DNA of 64,000 nucleotides from Okamejei kenojei (Eukaryota): NCBI GenBank assembly GCA_035221665.1, contig CM069166.1, positions 7,688,001 to 7,752,000 of the forward strand, read 5' to 3'. Shown piece by piece: positions 52,261 to 64,000 of this stretch (position 1 is its first letter; each line of letters starts with the position of its first letter). The notes under the pieces were generated by a model. It saw only the letters and a program-made list of their open reading frames with translations, ran no database searches and was not told where the DNA came from. The position numbers and the translations under genes were made by a program.

Positions 52261-54399
52261 GCTGGAGTACTGGTAAATGGGGGGGGGACGTCTGGTGGGT
52301 AATGTTAGGTCCAGGAATTACTTATTAGAAATTGATAGGTTATGTGGTATAGAACAGTGTGTGAGAAGTCGCTAGGAACCAAGATACCTTGATATGTTCA
52401 CCTTGCATTTAAGGTCATTTTGTGACACAGAATCATTGCCCTGGACATCACACTTCTAGAATTAACCCAAAAGGAAAAGTTCAGTTACTGTATCATCAGT
52501 ATGGATATACACGAGTGTTTTCGTAAATAAGGGAACCAACCTGTGACATGGGTGGCCAACTTTGAAAGTTATTAAATCATAATGAAATACCACAGTATTA
52601 AAAATGGGCCTACCTATGATCCTTTTGAGCTCATTGGTGATCTAAATCGACTGGAATCGACCACAATTTAATACTTTCAAAATTGAAAAGAAGAGAAAAA
52701 AATACCTATAAGACATATGGGACACTGTCTCTTATATTGATTTCTAAGTTCCCTTACAAAATATGGGCACGTAACTCACCACGGGGCCCGTAGTTCAGGT
52801 CAAGGTCATTAAAAATGTTTTGATTTTATTTTTTTTAATCGCGACGAGTGCAAATACAACAGGGCTAAAGAATGAGACTGATAAAATAGGTGAGCAAACT
52901 AGATTTTTATTTCATGAATTTAAGTTCTATTCATTATTAAGTATTTCAATGGAAAGCTTAAACACAAAATATAAACAGTAAAAGAAACACAATAATTTCC
53001 AACCTATCTTATACCCATGTACAAGCAATAAATGGGGCAGCTTGGTCAGCGTAGGCAGGGGCCTGTTTCAGTGCTGTGTGGCTCTATGACGAAGGGTAGG
53101 GTTGAGTTAGACAATGGACAATAATAGTTGCTGCTGGAACTTATGTGAAGTGAAGGGGTTGTTATAAATAATTATCATCTCTCGCAGATGGAGGGATACC
53201 AACCAGTTATGGCAAACAGATCAAACCTTCAAACTAACGTTTGGTAAACTAACATTTCAATACGTTAGTTGATCAAATGTCCTAATTCCTGTAAATTAGT
53301 TGTTAAATCATATGCAAAGCATTAGCTGTTAAATCATATGCAAACACTTAATCAAACTGTACTTTACTCCATCTGTTAAAAAATGATTGCATCCAATGTA
53401 TCTAAGCATTGTATTTAACTAATTCTGAACTAGGTAACATGACCCTGCAATCAATGATCAGGGACCTTCAACATTGAGCACTCCAGCAAAACTATCCTAA
53501 AATATTAAGTGTTGACATTGTCAAACATATTTATGAAGGTTTGATGAATAAAAGCAAGACTAAAGGACAAATATTATTCACTCATTTCATAGCTTTATCC
53601 TTCAGGTAATATTGGGCTTTGTATTTTGCTCATGAGAGGAATAGATCAGGTAGACACAAAGAGTCTCTTGCCTAGAGGAGGAGAAATCAAGATCCATAGG
53701 GCTTAGGTTTAAAATGAAAGGGGAAAGATTTTATGGACGTCTGAAGGATAACTTTTTCACACAAAAGGTGGCGGGTGTATGGAACGGGCTGCCGGAGGAG
53801 GTAGTTGAGCCAGGGAATATCGCAACATTTAAGAATAGGTCCACTTGTAGGAAAGGTTTAGTGGGATGTGGGCCAAATGCAAGCAGGTGGGCCAAATGTA
53901 AATGTACAGCAGATCTCACCTAGGCGGATCTCCCCCCTCGCCCTACCCACCGCTGTCTCCCCTCCTTCGTTCTCAGCGGCACCCGCCGGGTCCCCCTTTG
54001 CTCTCGACTATTCTCCTCGCTCTCGCTGGTGGCTCGCGGGTCCCTCCTCGCTCAGCGGTGCTGGTCCCGTCGATACCAGTGGCTCAGGGCCGAGTAGGGA
54101 ATCTGTGGTGGGTAAGCCAGACTGTTCCTCCATCCGCGGTGGGCAATTTGTCCCAGGCCCACTGGCTTTCCGGAATAACCCGGCGCACCTCTCCAGGATT
54201 ACTATTTCCTTATTGAATAATCATTGCTTTGCAGAAACACAGTTGAGGTATTAGGTGACTCATTATAGTAATTAGGGTAATGGTTAAGAAAGACAAGGCT
54301 TGCTTTTATTAGTACCTCAATAACGATCAAACATCCTTTAGTCTCTACGTTCTACTTTCAGTCCTCCAGAATGTTACTCTGACTGCATATATATATTAA

Positions 54400-54805
54400 G
54401 TAGGAAGGAACTGCAGAGGCTGGTTTATACCAAAGATAGACACAAAATGCTAGAGTAACAGTGGGACAGTTAGCATCCCTGGAGAGAAGGAATGGGGTGA
54501 AATTTTGGGTCGAGACCCTTCTTCAGACTGAGCATCAGGAGAGAGGGAGAGAAAGAGATATGGAAGGGTAAGGTATGAAAACAAGAGATCAAAGGGAAGG
54601 TAGAATGATCATTGTTAGCTGAGGGGAAAGTGATAAGAGGCACACAATCAGTAAAATGTAATCTGGAGGACAGTGAAACTAGATGGAGAACTAGGATCGG
54701 GGAGGGATGGAGAGAGAGGGAAAGCAAGGTGAATTGAGAGAAGTCAATATTCATACCGCTGGGATGTAAGCTGCCCAAATGAAATATGAGCTGCTGTTCC
54801 TCCAA
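54400..54805 (-). mobile_element. Penelope-like 3' fragment
   Basis: LEEQQLIFHLGSLHPSGMNIDF followed by the same 3' UTR as 55730-56058. Confidence 0.85.
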
Positions 54806-55052
54806 ATTGGAGTCAAATGCAACTTATTCTATTCACACGTGCTGCTCTCTTGGGTATAACCTACAGCCCTGTCATTTACAATACGGCACAAAGTAGTAGC
54901 TGCCTCCGTTAACCCCATTAGATGCATCCTATCGGGAACATTCCCTATCCCCCCCCTCCATTTACTCTCCTGTTAAAGACTATCTTATGAAGAGGCTCCG
55001 ACTACACATTAACTGTTTTTTTTTTGCACTGAAGCTCAGTGCCTTCAACATT

Positions 55053-56058
55053 CAAAAAAAAAAAAAAAAACACTGCCCTCTCTCCCCATTCCCCCACTCG
55101 CAAACAGGGCAGAGTCCCCCTGGTCCTCACCTTTCACCCCACCAGCCGGCAAATACAACACATAGTCCTCCGCCAGTTTCGCCATCTCCAACGTGACCCC
55201 TCCACTTGCCACATCTTCCCATCTCCCCCCCTGTCTGCCTTCCGCAAAGACCGCTCCCTCCGCAACTCCCTTGTCAATTCTTCCCTTCCCTCCCGCTCTA
55301 CCCCTTCCCCGGGCACTTTCCCTTGCAACTGCAAGAAATGCTACACTTGTCCCTTCACCTCCCCCCTCCACTCCTTTCAGCGACCCAAGCAGTCCTTCCA
55401 GGTCCGACAGAGGTTCACCTGCACCTCCTCCAACCTCATCTACTGCATCCGCTGCTCCAGATGCCAGATGATCTATATCGGTGAGACCAAGCGGAGGCTT
55501 GGCGATCGTTTCGCCGAACACCTCCGCTCGGTCCGCAATAACCAACCCGACCTCCCGGTGGCTCAGCACTTCAACTCCCCCTCCCATTCCGTATCCGACC
55601 TCTCGGTCCTGGGCCTCCTCCATGGCCAGAGTGAGCAACACCGCAAGTTGGAGGAACAGCACCTCATATTCCGCTTGGGGAGTCTGCATTCTCTGGGCTT
55701 GAACATTGAATTTTCTGAATTCTGTTAACCCTTGCTGTCTCCTCCCCTTCCCACCTCTCCCTCAGCCCTCGGGCCCTGGCATTCCCTCTATCTCTATCTC
55801 CCTCCCCCACCCTAGTCGCACTAGCTTCTCATTTTCACACCACAAACAGCTTACAATGGCTTGTTCCCTTTATCATCGATACTTTTTTGCATATCTTTCA
55901 TTCATTGTTCTTAATCTCTCTACATCACCGTCTATATCTGTTGTTTCCCTGATCCCTGACCAGTCTGAAGAAGGGTCTCGACCCGAAACGTCGCCTATCT
56001 CCTTCGCTCCTTAGATGCTGCTGCACCCGCTGAGTTTCTCCAGCCTTTTGTGTACCCC
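55053..56058 (+). mobile_element. 5'-truncated Penelope-like retroelement with intact GIY-YIG endonuclease coding segment
   Basis: ORF 55039-55728: RVPLVLTFHP..CNCKKCYTC..NLIYCIRC..IYIGETKRRL..RFAEH..VAQHFN..GLNIEF; 13-bp flanking repeat tgccttcaacatt. Confidence 0.92.
55963..55994 (+). ncRNA. Minimal hammerhead ribozyme motif in the Penelope 3' repeat
   Basis: CTGAAGA (55965-71), stem II GGGTC/GACCC, GAAA (55985-88), palindromic ACGT stem III, GTC cleavage triplet (55990-92). Confidence 0.6.
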
Positions 56059-56086
56059 TGCCTTCAACATTTTCTGCTTTTATTTA

Positions 56087-56390
56087 GGGTGGCACGGTGG
56101 CGTAGCGGCAGAGTTGCTGCCTTAAAGTGCCAGAGACCCAAGCTCGATTGTGAATATGGGTGCTAGTCTCTATGCAGATTGTACATTCTCCCCTTGACCT
56201 ATGTGGGTTTCCCCTGGGAGCTCTGGTTTCCTCCCACACTTCCAACACTATGTTAATTGGCTTGGTAAAATTGTAAATTGTCCCTTGTGTGTATAGGATA
56301 GTGCTAGTGTGTGGGGATCGTTGGTCGGCTCGGACTCAGTGAGCCAAAGGGCCTGTTTCTGTGGTGTATCTCCACACTAAACTAAACTAA
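56087..56390 (+). mobile_element. V-SINE/HE1-like tRNA-derived SINE (near full length)
   Basis: tRNA-like head gggtggcacggtggcgtagcgg, core gtgggtttcccctgggagctctggtttcctcccaca, (ctaaa)n tail; relatives at about 39200-39460, 42080-42310, 57100-57390, 58680-58870, 60555-60830. Confidence 0.8.
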
Positions 56391-56461
56391 TTTCATCAGT
56401 ACCACATACCAGTAAACTGCAAAGCAAAAACGAGAAATGAGAAATGGTCAGTCAGTGGAGT

Positions 56462-56485
56462 TTTATTTTTTTAAAACGTTTTATT
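56462..56485 (-). promoter_or_regulatory. Two AATAAA polyadenylation signals of the defensin-like gene
   Basis: tttatt at 56462-56467 and 56480-56485, about 110-130 nt past the TAA at 56596. Confidence 0.7.
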
Positions 56486-56595
56486 TGTTGTCTCGTCGGT
56501 ACTGAAGGGGAGGTGGAAGCCACGCGGCAATTAGGATGAATCCTTTCCCTCAGTTGTAACCTGGGGAATTCAGGCTGTACTGCCTTCGTACACAA

Positions 56596-56714
56596 TTACG
56601 GATAACAGCAGTCCGTCCCATCATCACACAGTTTTTTTCCTTCATTATAGTCTGGTTCACAGGGGAGGTAACTGCAGGTTCCTTTTAGATATTTGCAGGT
56701 TATGGTGCTTGAAT
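56596..56714 (-). CDS. Beta-defensin-like peptide, mature-peptide exon
   Basis: Acceptor gggtttcag; phase 1; (D)SSTITCKYLKGTCSYLPCEPDYNEGKKLCDDGTDCCYP* with C-x6-C-x4-C-x10-C-x5-CC spacing. Confidence 0.88.
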
Positions 56715-58938
56715 CTGAAACCCAAGATCAATCATGCAGTTAATTTGGGAACCGTTCATTATCAGTGACGGAGAGTCAGACATACTTTTTATAACAAAAA
56801 AAACAAGAAAATGGTGGAAACATCAGCATCAAAAGGACACAAAGTGCTGGAGTAAGTCTGCGGGTCATGCATTATCTCTAGAGAACATGGATTGATGATG
56901 TTTCTGGTTGGGACCCTTCAGCTTGATTGCAGGGTGAGAGGAGAAAGCTGGTAAAGAGGAGAGGGAGGGCAAAGCATGGCAGGTAATAGATCGACACAGG
57001 CAAGGGTTTTTTTGGACAGGCAGATGGTTGGAACAAGAGCCTGAGATAAGAACAGTAGGTGTGAGACAAGAAACATCAGCATCTGTGGAAAGAGGGCAGC
57101 TGGTGTAGATTCACTGCATCACTGCAGGGTAGACCCGGGTTTGATTCTGACCTCATCGGCCATGTGTGGACTTTCCTCATTCTCATGTGATGGTTGGCGG
57201 TTCGTCTGGGCGCTCCAATTTCCTCTCACACCCCAAAAACATGTGATTTATAGGTTAATTGGGCCCCTGTAAATTGCCCCTGGTGTGTAGGGAGTGGGTG
57301 AGAAAGTGGGTTAACAGAACTAGTGAGAACGGGTGATTGTTGGTTATAGGATTTCCATGGTATATTGTTAAATTAAACTTAACTAAAAGGATCAGTTAGG
57401 TTTCAATTTCCAATCCCCTTCATCAGGACTGGGAAGTGAGAAAATGATTTAATTTTCAGTGAAGAACAAGTGGGAGAGGAGATGAGTTGAACAAAGAGAA
57501 TGTTCCTTCCTCCACATATGATGTTGGACCTGCTGATTGCTTCCAGCATGTTTCTGTTTTTAGATCAGATTTCTAACAAAGGACAGTCTGAAGAAACAGA
57601 TTTGTTGTATTAATTTTTGCCAACCCAACATATTGAGAGAATCACCATAAATGTGTTCTTAAAAATACTGTCTGAATGGTTGTTATTCATCTTCCATTAC
57701 AGGGAAAAATACCTTTCCAATTATGTTTTGTGAATATGTAGGCTCAATTGCGAGAGAATATGGGCTTCAGATTTATATCCGATTTAAAGAAAATGTCTTT
57801 GTCGATACAGTGATCTCTCGGCTTTATATTTGAATTGCCACAGCAATTTCTGGTGTGCGATTTCTGATCCACTGAATTCTGAATGTGGAAACCCGACGTC
57901 TGACAGCTGAGCTGTGGATATGCAAAGTCAGTTGTTGCTGTTCTCATTCAAGCCTCCCCTGCTCATGAACACTGTGGCACATCATTAAAGAAATACTTTC
58001 CTCTCATTCCTCACTCTCATAGAACATAGAGCAGTAAAGCGCAGGAACAGTCCCTTTTGCCCACGAACATGATGCCAAGAGAAACTAATCCCATCTGCCC
58101 GCACATGATCCATATCCCTCCATTTCCTGCGTACCAATGTGCCTGTCCAAAACCTTAAATGTACTATCATCCCCTTTAAACTTTGCCGCTCTCACTTCAA
58201 AGTTGTGCCCTCTAGTCTTTGACATTTATACCCTGATAAAATGTCAAACTGTCTACCCTGTTAATGATTCTCATAAATAAACTTATATCAGCTCTTCCCC
58301 TTAATCTCTGACGTTCCGGAGGTAACTGAGGTCCCTGAAGCAGAATAACACAACTCTAGGTTAGAGATGCAGCACTCTAAGACTCCAGTGCTGGCTCTTG
58401 GCCTATTTTATATCGTTGCCTGCCCCTGAACTCAATAACTATTCAAGTAATCAGAGAATCTATAAACAGACACAATGAACTGCAAATGCTGGAATACTGA
58501 GCAAAACACAAAGCGCTCAAACAACTCAGCAGATCAGACAGACATATATAGACGGACAAGTTTCAAATTAAATCCTCAGCTTCTTTCAAACCAGTACATT
58601 CAGCAGAGAATTGCTTGATTCAAAGCTACAGCATTTGCTGAGTTCACACTGATCATTTATCACCCATTCACACTTTATCGTCCCCTCCCCACATACTTGG
58701 GGCATTTTACAGAGGCCCAATGAACCTACAAACCTGCACATCATTGGGATGTGGGAGGAAACCGGAACACCCACAGGAAATCCACATTTGTCACAGGGAG
58801 AACATGCAAAGTTCATACAGGCAGCACCCGAGGTCAGGATAAAACCCATTGTGAGGCAGCAGGTCCACCAGCACGTTGCTCCTTTTTTTTTAAACAGACT
58901 ACATTAGTTGATAGAGAGACAGGAGGAGGAGCACTCAC

Positions 58939-59002
58939 CCACCAACTGCAAGTCTGGAGGCAGCAACAGGAGACCAAGGATCAGGATCAATGCTTTCATC
59001 AT
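58939..59002 (-). CDS. Beta-defensin-like peptide, signal-peptide exon
   Basis: CCCAACATG; MMKALILILGLLLLPPDLQLV plus G|gtgagt phase-1 donor, in frame with 56596-56714. Confidence 0.82.
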
Positions 59003-59859
59003 GTTGGGAATAATGCTGAGCTAGAGAAATGTGGATTGTAGTGCAGGGGGCTTCTACCTTGCCCTGGGTGCAACTAAGTGATGTTGTTCTGATCTGTGAA
59101 CTGTATGCTGTACATCATGCAAATGCTACTGTTTTAGTCACCTCATGACCCATTTAATGACTTCTCACTTTGCAGCGGACTGCCAGTTCAGTTAAAAATT
59201 GTCCCATGCCAGCAAACAGGTGCTACCTCAGGTGCAAAGAGATCATGGATCCAGGGTTAATTCCGATGCGGATCCTCCCTGAAAGGGAGCCAGAGTGCAG
59301 ATACTTCCTCCGAAGGCAGGCACACTTGCCAGACCTCACAGGAAATAAATGCAATTCCATTTGCAATCATTAACTCTTGTTCACATTGCCTTGTAACAAA
59401 GTGTACGGTTAACCACGTCTTGGAACATTGCCTGCCCAGGAGCGGATAGTATGTTCTGTTTGAGTGTATGAGGAGTGGGAAGAGAACAAGACGAGAAAGA
59501 CAGACACAATTTGCATCCATTTCTGGATTAGGGTTGGGACAAATAGGTGGCACTGAGACAGCAGCAATACCAGCTGCACCTCTGTGCGGCCCTGATATTA
59601 ATAACTAGATCAGAAATTGCCTTTTGATATAGATTTTACTCTTAAAGTTACTCAGTGGTGAAGCAAAGCAAACCCGACAGAGACACCTCCCCATGGCCTA
59701 TCAATTAGACAGAATTCCTGAACTTCAGACTGAAGGGTACCAACCTGAAACATCACCCATTCCTTCTCTCCAGAGTTGTTGTCTGTCCCACTCAGTTACT
59801 CCAGCATTTTGTGTCTTTCTTCCATATTATCATACCAGGCCACACAAGCCTTGGACGGA

Positions 59860-60320
59860 TCCCAGGAATGAGTAGGTTAACCTATGATAAATGTTTGTCA
59901 GCACTGGGCCTGTACTCGCTGGAGTTTAGACGAATGAGGGGGGACCTCACTGAAACATACAGCATATTGAAAGGCTTGGATAGCGAGGAGAGGATGTTTC
60001 CACTGGTGGGAGAGTCTAGGACAAGAGGTCATAGCCTCAGAATTAAAAGAATGTTCTTTAGGAAGGAGATGAGGGGAAATATCTTCAGTCAGAGGGTGGT
60101 GAATCTGTGGAATTCTTTGCCACAGAAGACTGTGGAGGCCGTCAACGGATATTTCTAAGGCAGAGATAGATAGTTTCTTGATTAGTGCTAGTGTCAGAGG
60201 TTATTGGAAGAAGGCAGGAGAATGGGCTTAAGAGGGGGAGATAGATCAGCCATGATTGCATTGCAGAGTAGAATTGATGGGCCGAATGGACTCATTCTAC
60301 TCCTATTACTTGTGACCTAA
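59860..60320 (+). mobile_element. CR1 LINE 3' fragment
   Basis: LGLYSLEFRRMRGDLTETY..RTRGHSLR..FSQRVVNLWNSLP. Confidence 0.88.
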
Positions 60321-61901
60321 TGATTATTAACTGGAGAGTTTGGGCTTCACTCCCCAATTCACAGGGGAGTTAACGCCTACATTTTGTAATATTCAGTTCT
60401 CATGAGGCTTGTTGCTTCACAAGTATTGGAAGCTACCGATGAAAGACATCAAAGCCCTATAATGTACAGTAATACTCAGTCCTGAATTGTAACCCAGACA
60501 CCACACATTCTCCTGGTGATCATAGCTCTGATTTCACATCGATTACCAGTCTTAGTGCAGCATAGCTGATAGAGCCACTGCAACAATACCAAACACGTGG
60601 GTTCCATCCTGACCTTGGGTCTGTCTGTGCGCAGTTTGGACATTCTCCCCGTGAGCACGTGGATTTCCTCCGGGTGCTCCGGTCACCTCCTAGATCCCAA
60701 AGGCATGCAATTTTATAGATTAATCGGTCTCTTGTGGAGGGAGTGAATGAAAAACTAGTGTGAATGGGAGATTAATGGTTGACATCGACTTGGTGAGCCA
60801 AAGGGCCTGTTGCCATTTGTACCTTTCAATCATCCAATTACTAAAGGTAAGTGTTGCTGGTCTCCTGTTTAGATTTTGCAAGCTGCAATTTGTACTGATC
60901 CTGAATTGAAGAGTACATGTTCATGAAGCACCTCGTGTCACATGCTCTTCACCCCATTACACCCAAGCTAACCCTCAAACACCCAACCCTGATAGCCCCT
61001 TTTACCAACTTTGGCCATTAATGTGCTCAACTAGAAACTCCACATGACAGTGTCTGTATTAAGTACCTACTCAGTGAATCCTGGATCCCAAGCAGCCTCT
61101 GGGTGAAAAAGGAATCTTTCAAATTCTCTCTAGACTTACTATACCTTACCCTGGCCATGCTCTCTGCCCGATAATCTGCTCAATACTTTTATCAATGTAA
61201 AGAGGTAACGCTTTAAACTAATGGGCAATTTACATGGCCAAATAGTTTTAAAGTGCTTTTAATATAAAAATCACACAGAGAAACACCGGCCATGTTAACA
61301 GAAGGAGCAAGTGGAAAAGGGGAGAGAGAAAATACAATGTCAACTGAATCATCAGCTCAAAACCATTGGCAAGACCACATCTGGAGTATTGTGTACAATT
61401 CTGGTCTCCATATTTGGGGCAGATGCATTTGCATAGGGGACACTGCAGAGAATGATCACTGAGTTTGGCTCCTGGGATTAAGGGGCTGGCATGGAGAAGT
61501 TTGAACACATTGAACTGGAAAAATGAGAGGATCTTATTAAAACATTAGACTCAAGGAAATTGACAGCCCACGCATAGAGGGGGATGGGGTAGGGGGGCGG
61601 TGCCCAGAACTTTAGTTGGGGGGGGGGGGGGGGGGGGGGAGGCGTGGTGCAGTTTTACAATAACTAGCCACTTACTTTACACAATGAAGGGTGATTTCTT
61701 TCCTAAAGGAATCAACTCTTTGGAATTCTCGACCGGAGAAAAATGTAGTCCCCGCGTAAATTTAAGGTGGAGTTTGACAAAGATTTAAACTGGAAGGTAA
61801 CAGGTAGCATGTAGGAAGTTAGCGTTGAAGACAAGATTGAATCAGCCAGGATTGTACTGGATGGTGGCCAGGTCAAGGGACGGCCTGATATCTTCAGTCA
61901 C

Positions 61902-62033
61902 CTGAACCGACAAGCGTTGAGAACATTCTTCAAAACTTTGCGAGCTTCTTCAAGTTAGAATTGTGCAGCAGCACCGCCATGTGGCCACTATGGGATTGTA
62001 GGACCACCAGCACCCAGAGAAACTGCATTTATA
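61902..62033 (-). promoter_or_regulatory. Candidate TATA promoter and non-coding first exon (possibly of the defensin-like gene)
   Basis: TATAAA at 62028-62033, then about 125 nt to a CAG|gtgact donor (61900-61901); an acceptor tttctctag lies 18 nt before the defensin ATG. Confidence 0.35.
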
Positions 62034-63009
62034 GGGTGCCGAGTTCAAAGAACAGTCCGGAGATGCTTTACAGAAATATTTAGGCTCTTGGGGCAATATC
62101 ATGACATTGGTCGTGTTTCCAGGTAAAGAGGATCAAATAGAAATAGCAAGGCCAGACTGTTTCACCCAATATTCAATAGTCCACCTTCCAATTCAATCTT
62201 TTGTTTTAGCCCTGTTTCACGATACTACATTAACCCCTTAATTTAATCAATGTTAAATTATAGTGGGTAGAACAATCCAGTGGCTAAGTGTCCTTTAAAA
62301 AAAAGCCTCAAACATAAAGAAACAAACAAACGAATGAACAGAGATTCGATTTTCCAGCAGCTGCAGTCCCTTCTTAAACAGCTGGACGATGTATACACAT
62401 GGAACTGCAGATGCCGGCCTAAAAAACAAAGTGCTGGAGTATCTCGGTAGGTCAGGGTGCATCCCTGCAGAATATGTGATGAGGGGCAGAGGGTCGGACA
62501 GATATTTTTTTTAATAGATAAAGATAGAACAGATGAGTGTTGTGGACATGCCTTCCAAGATGCCCCAGCTAAGCAGGTCTCAGATCTAAGCCTGCGTCCC
62601 CCGAAATCTTTTCTATCCGTGTATCCGTCCAAGTATCTACTAAATTATGTTACAGTATCTCCTCTGGCATTTCATTGCATATATTCACCACCCTCTGAGT
62701 GAACAAGCTTTCCCTTAGATTCCTATTGTCTGTCCCCTCTCGCCTTAAACCCCCAACGTTCTCTGGTTCTTGATAAAAAAACAATTCTGTGCATTCATCC
62801 TTTCTATTCTTCTCATCGTTTTATACACCACAATAAGATAACCCGTCTGCTCCATGGAACAAACTTAGAGGCTGCATAACCACTCCTATAGCACAGACGC
62901 TCAAGTCCTGGCAAGAACCTTGTGAATCCTCTCCGCTCTCTTGCTAGTTATGGCATCCTTCCTTTGGCAGGGTGACCACAGCTGAAGACAATACGCCAAA
63001 TGTGGCCTC

Positions 63010-63323
63010 ATTACCAGAACAAGGGGTCACTGTCTAAGGATAAGGGAGAATTCCTTTAGGACCGAGATGAGGAAACCATTCTTTACACAGAGAGTGGTGA
63101 GTCTCGGGAATTCTCTGCCACAGAAGGTCGTTGAGGCCAGTTCATTGCTATATTCAAGAGGGAGTTGGATGTGGCTCTTGTGGCTAAAGGGATCAGGGGG
63201 TATGGAGATAAGGCAGGTACAGGATACTGAGTTGGATGATCAGCCATGATTATATTGAATGGTGGTGCAGGCTCGAAGGGCCGAGTGGCCTACTCCTGCA
63301 CCTATTTTTCTATGTTTCTATGA
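63010..63323 (+). mobile_element. CR1 LINE 3' fragment
   Basis: RTRGH..FFTQRVVSL; (tttctatg)n tail. Confidence 0.9.
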
Positions 63324-64000
63324 TGATTAGTACAATTGTAACATAACTTCCAAACGTTTGAAGAGGGGTTTCGACCCGAAACGTTGTCTATTTCCTTCGC
63401 TCCATAGATGCTGCCTCACCCGCTGAGTTTCTCCAGCATTTTTGTCTCCCATCTATATTCAATAACCTGAATGATGAGGGTCAACATACCAAAATTATTT
63501 TCTATCACAGAACATAGAAACGTTAGCATTCAAGACTAGAGAGAGGTTTTGGGGCCTTAATGCAGCCAAATTTAAAAGCCCCAATTTAACAGTTGTATCC
63601 AAGGTTAGATAGGTATTAGTGGTTTTAATAAGCCCAGGTTCCTTTAGCAAATTAAGTATACTTTCAATATGAATATGTCGATGGTTCTAACTATTGTAGA
63701 GTTAACTCTGCGAGCTGAAGAGATGATGATCACCCATGCGAGTATGGAACGAATCTTGTCAGTGAAACCTATTCCCGTGATTTTTTTTTGCACCTGTTCC
63801 CGATCAAAGTCAAATATTTAACAGACTAACACATTGGTTCGGTGTGAAAGTGATTAACTCAGGCAGGTGACCAAGTGCAGCCGAGTCAAGGCATGTGATG
63901 TACAATACAACCCCAGCACCAGAACCATCCACCAAAATACCCACAGCTGCCGACAGAAAGGGTCACAAAACCTCTGCTCCTTACTCCAGGGAAAACTTCC

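Noticed and set aside
55045-55689. 214-aa minus-strand ORF
   Set aside because: Antisense shadow of the GC-rich Penelope GIY-YIG ORF.
59170-59373. Cys-containing plus-strand ORF near the defensin, as a possible second defensin
   Set aside because: No signal peptide, no CC pair and no defensin Cys spacing.

Overview
Repeat-rich vertebrate genomic DNA. The V-SINE/HE1-like SINEs, CR1 LINEs with (GAAACATA)n tails and Penelope repeats suggest a cartilaginous fish, probably a skate or ray (inference). Main gene: the 5' half of complement C3 on the minus strand, ATG at 50505, exons 1-18 running to 9265 and continuing beyond the window start. It includes the RKRR beta/alpha cleavage site and a 77-aa C3a. 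Exon 6 is absent (probably in the 500-N gap at 37050-37549), and exons 5 and 9 carry frameshifts that are probably assembly errors. Best finding: about 6 kb upstream of C3, on the same strand and missed by the ORF track, is a spliced two-coding-exon gene (58939-59002 + 56596-56714) for a 60-aa secreted, anionic beta-defensin-fold peptide with polyA signals. Introns hold two non-autonomous Helitrons (one carrying a higher-order tandem array), a full-length Passport-like Tc1, a twin-primed 5'-inverted L1 with TSD, many Penelope 3' repeats bearing a minimal hammerhead-ribozyme motif, hAT remnants, and CR1/Rex1/RTE LINEs. All calls were read by eye; no database searches were run.
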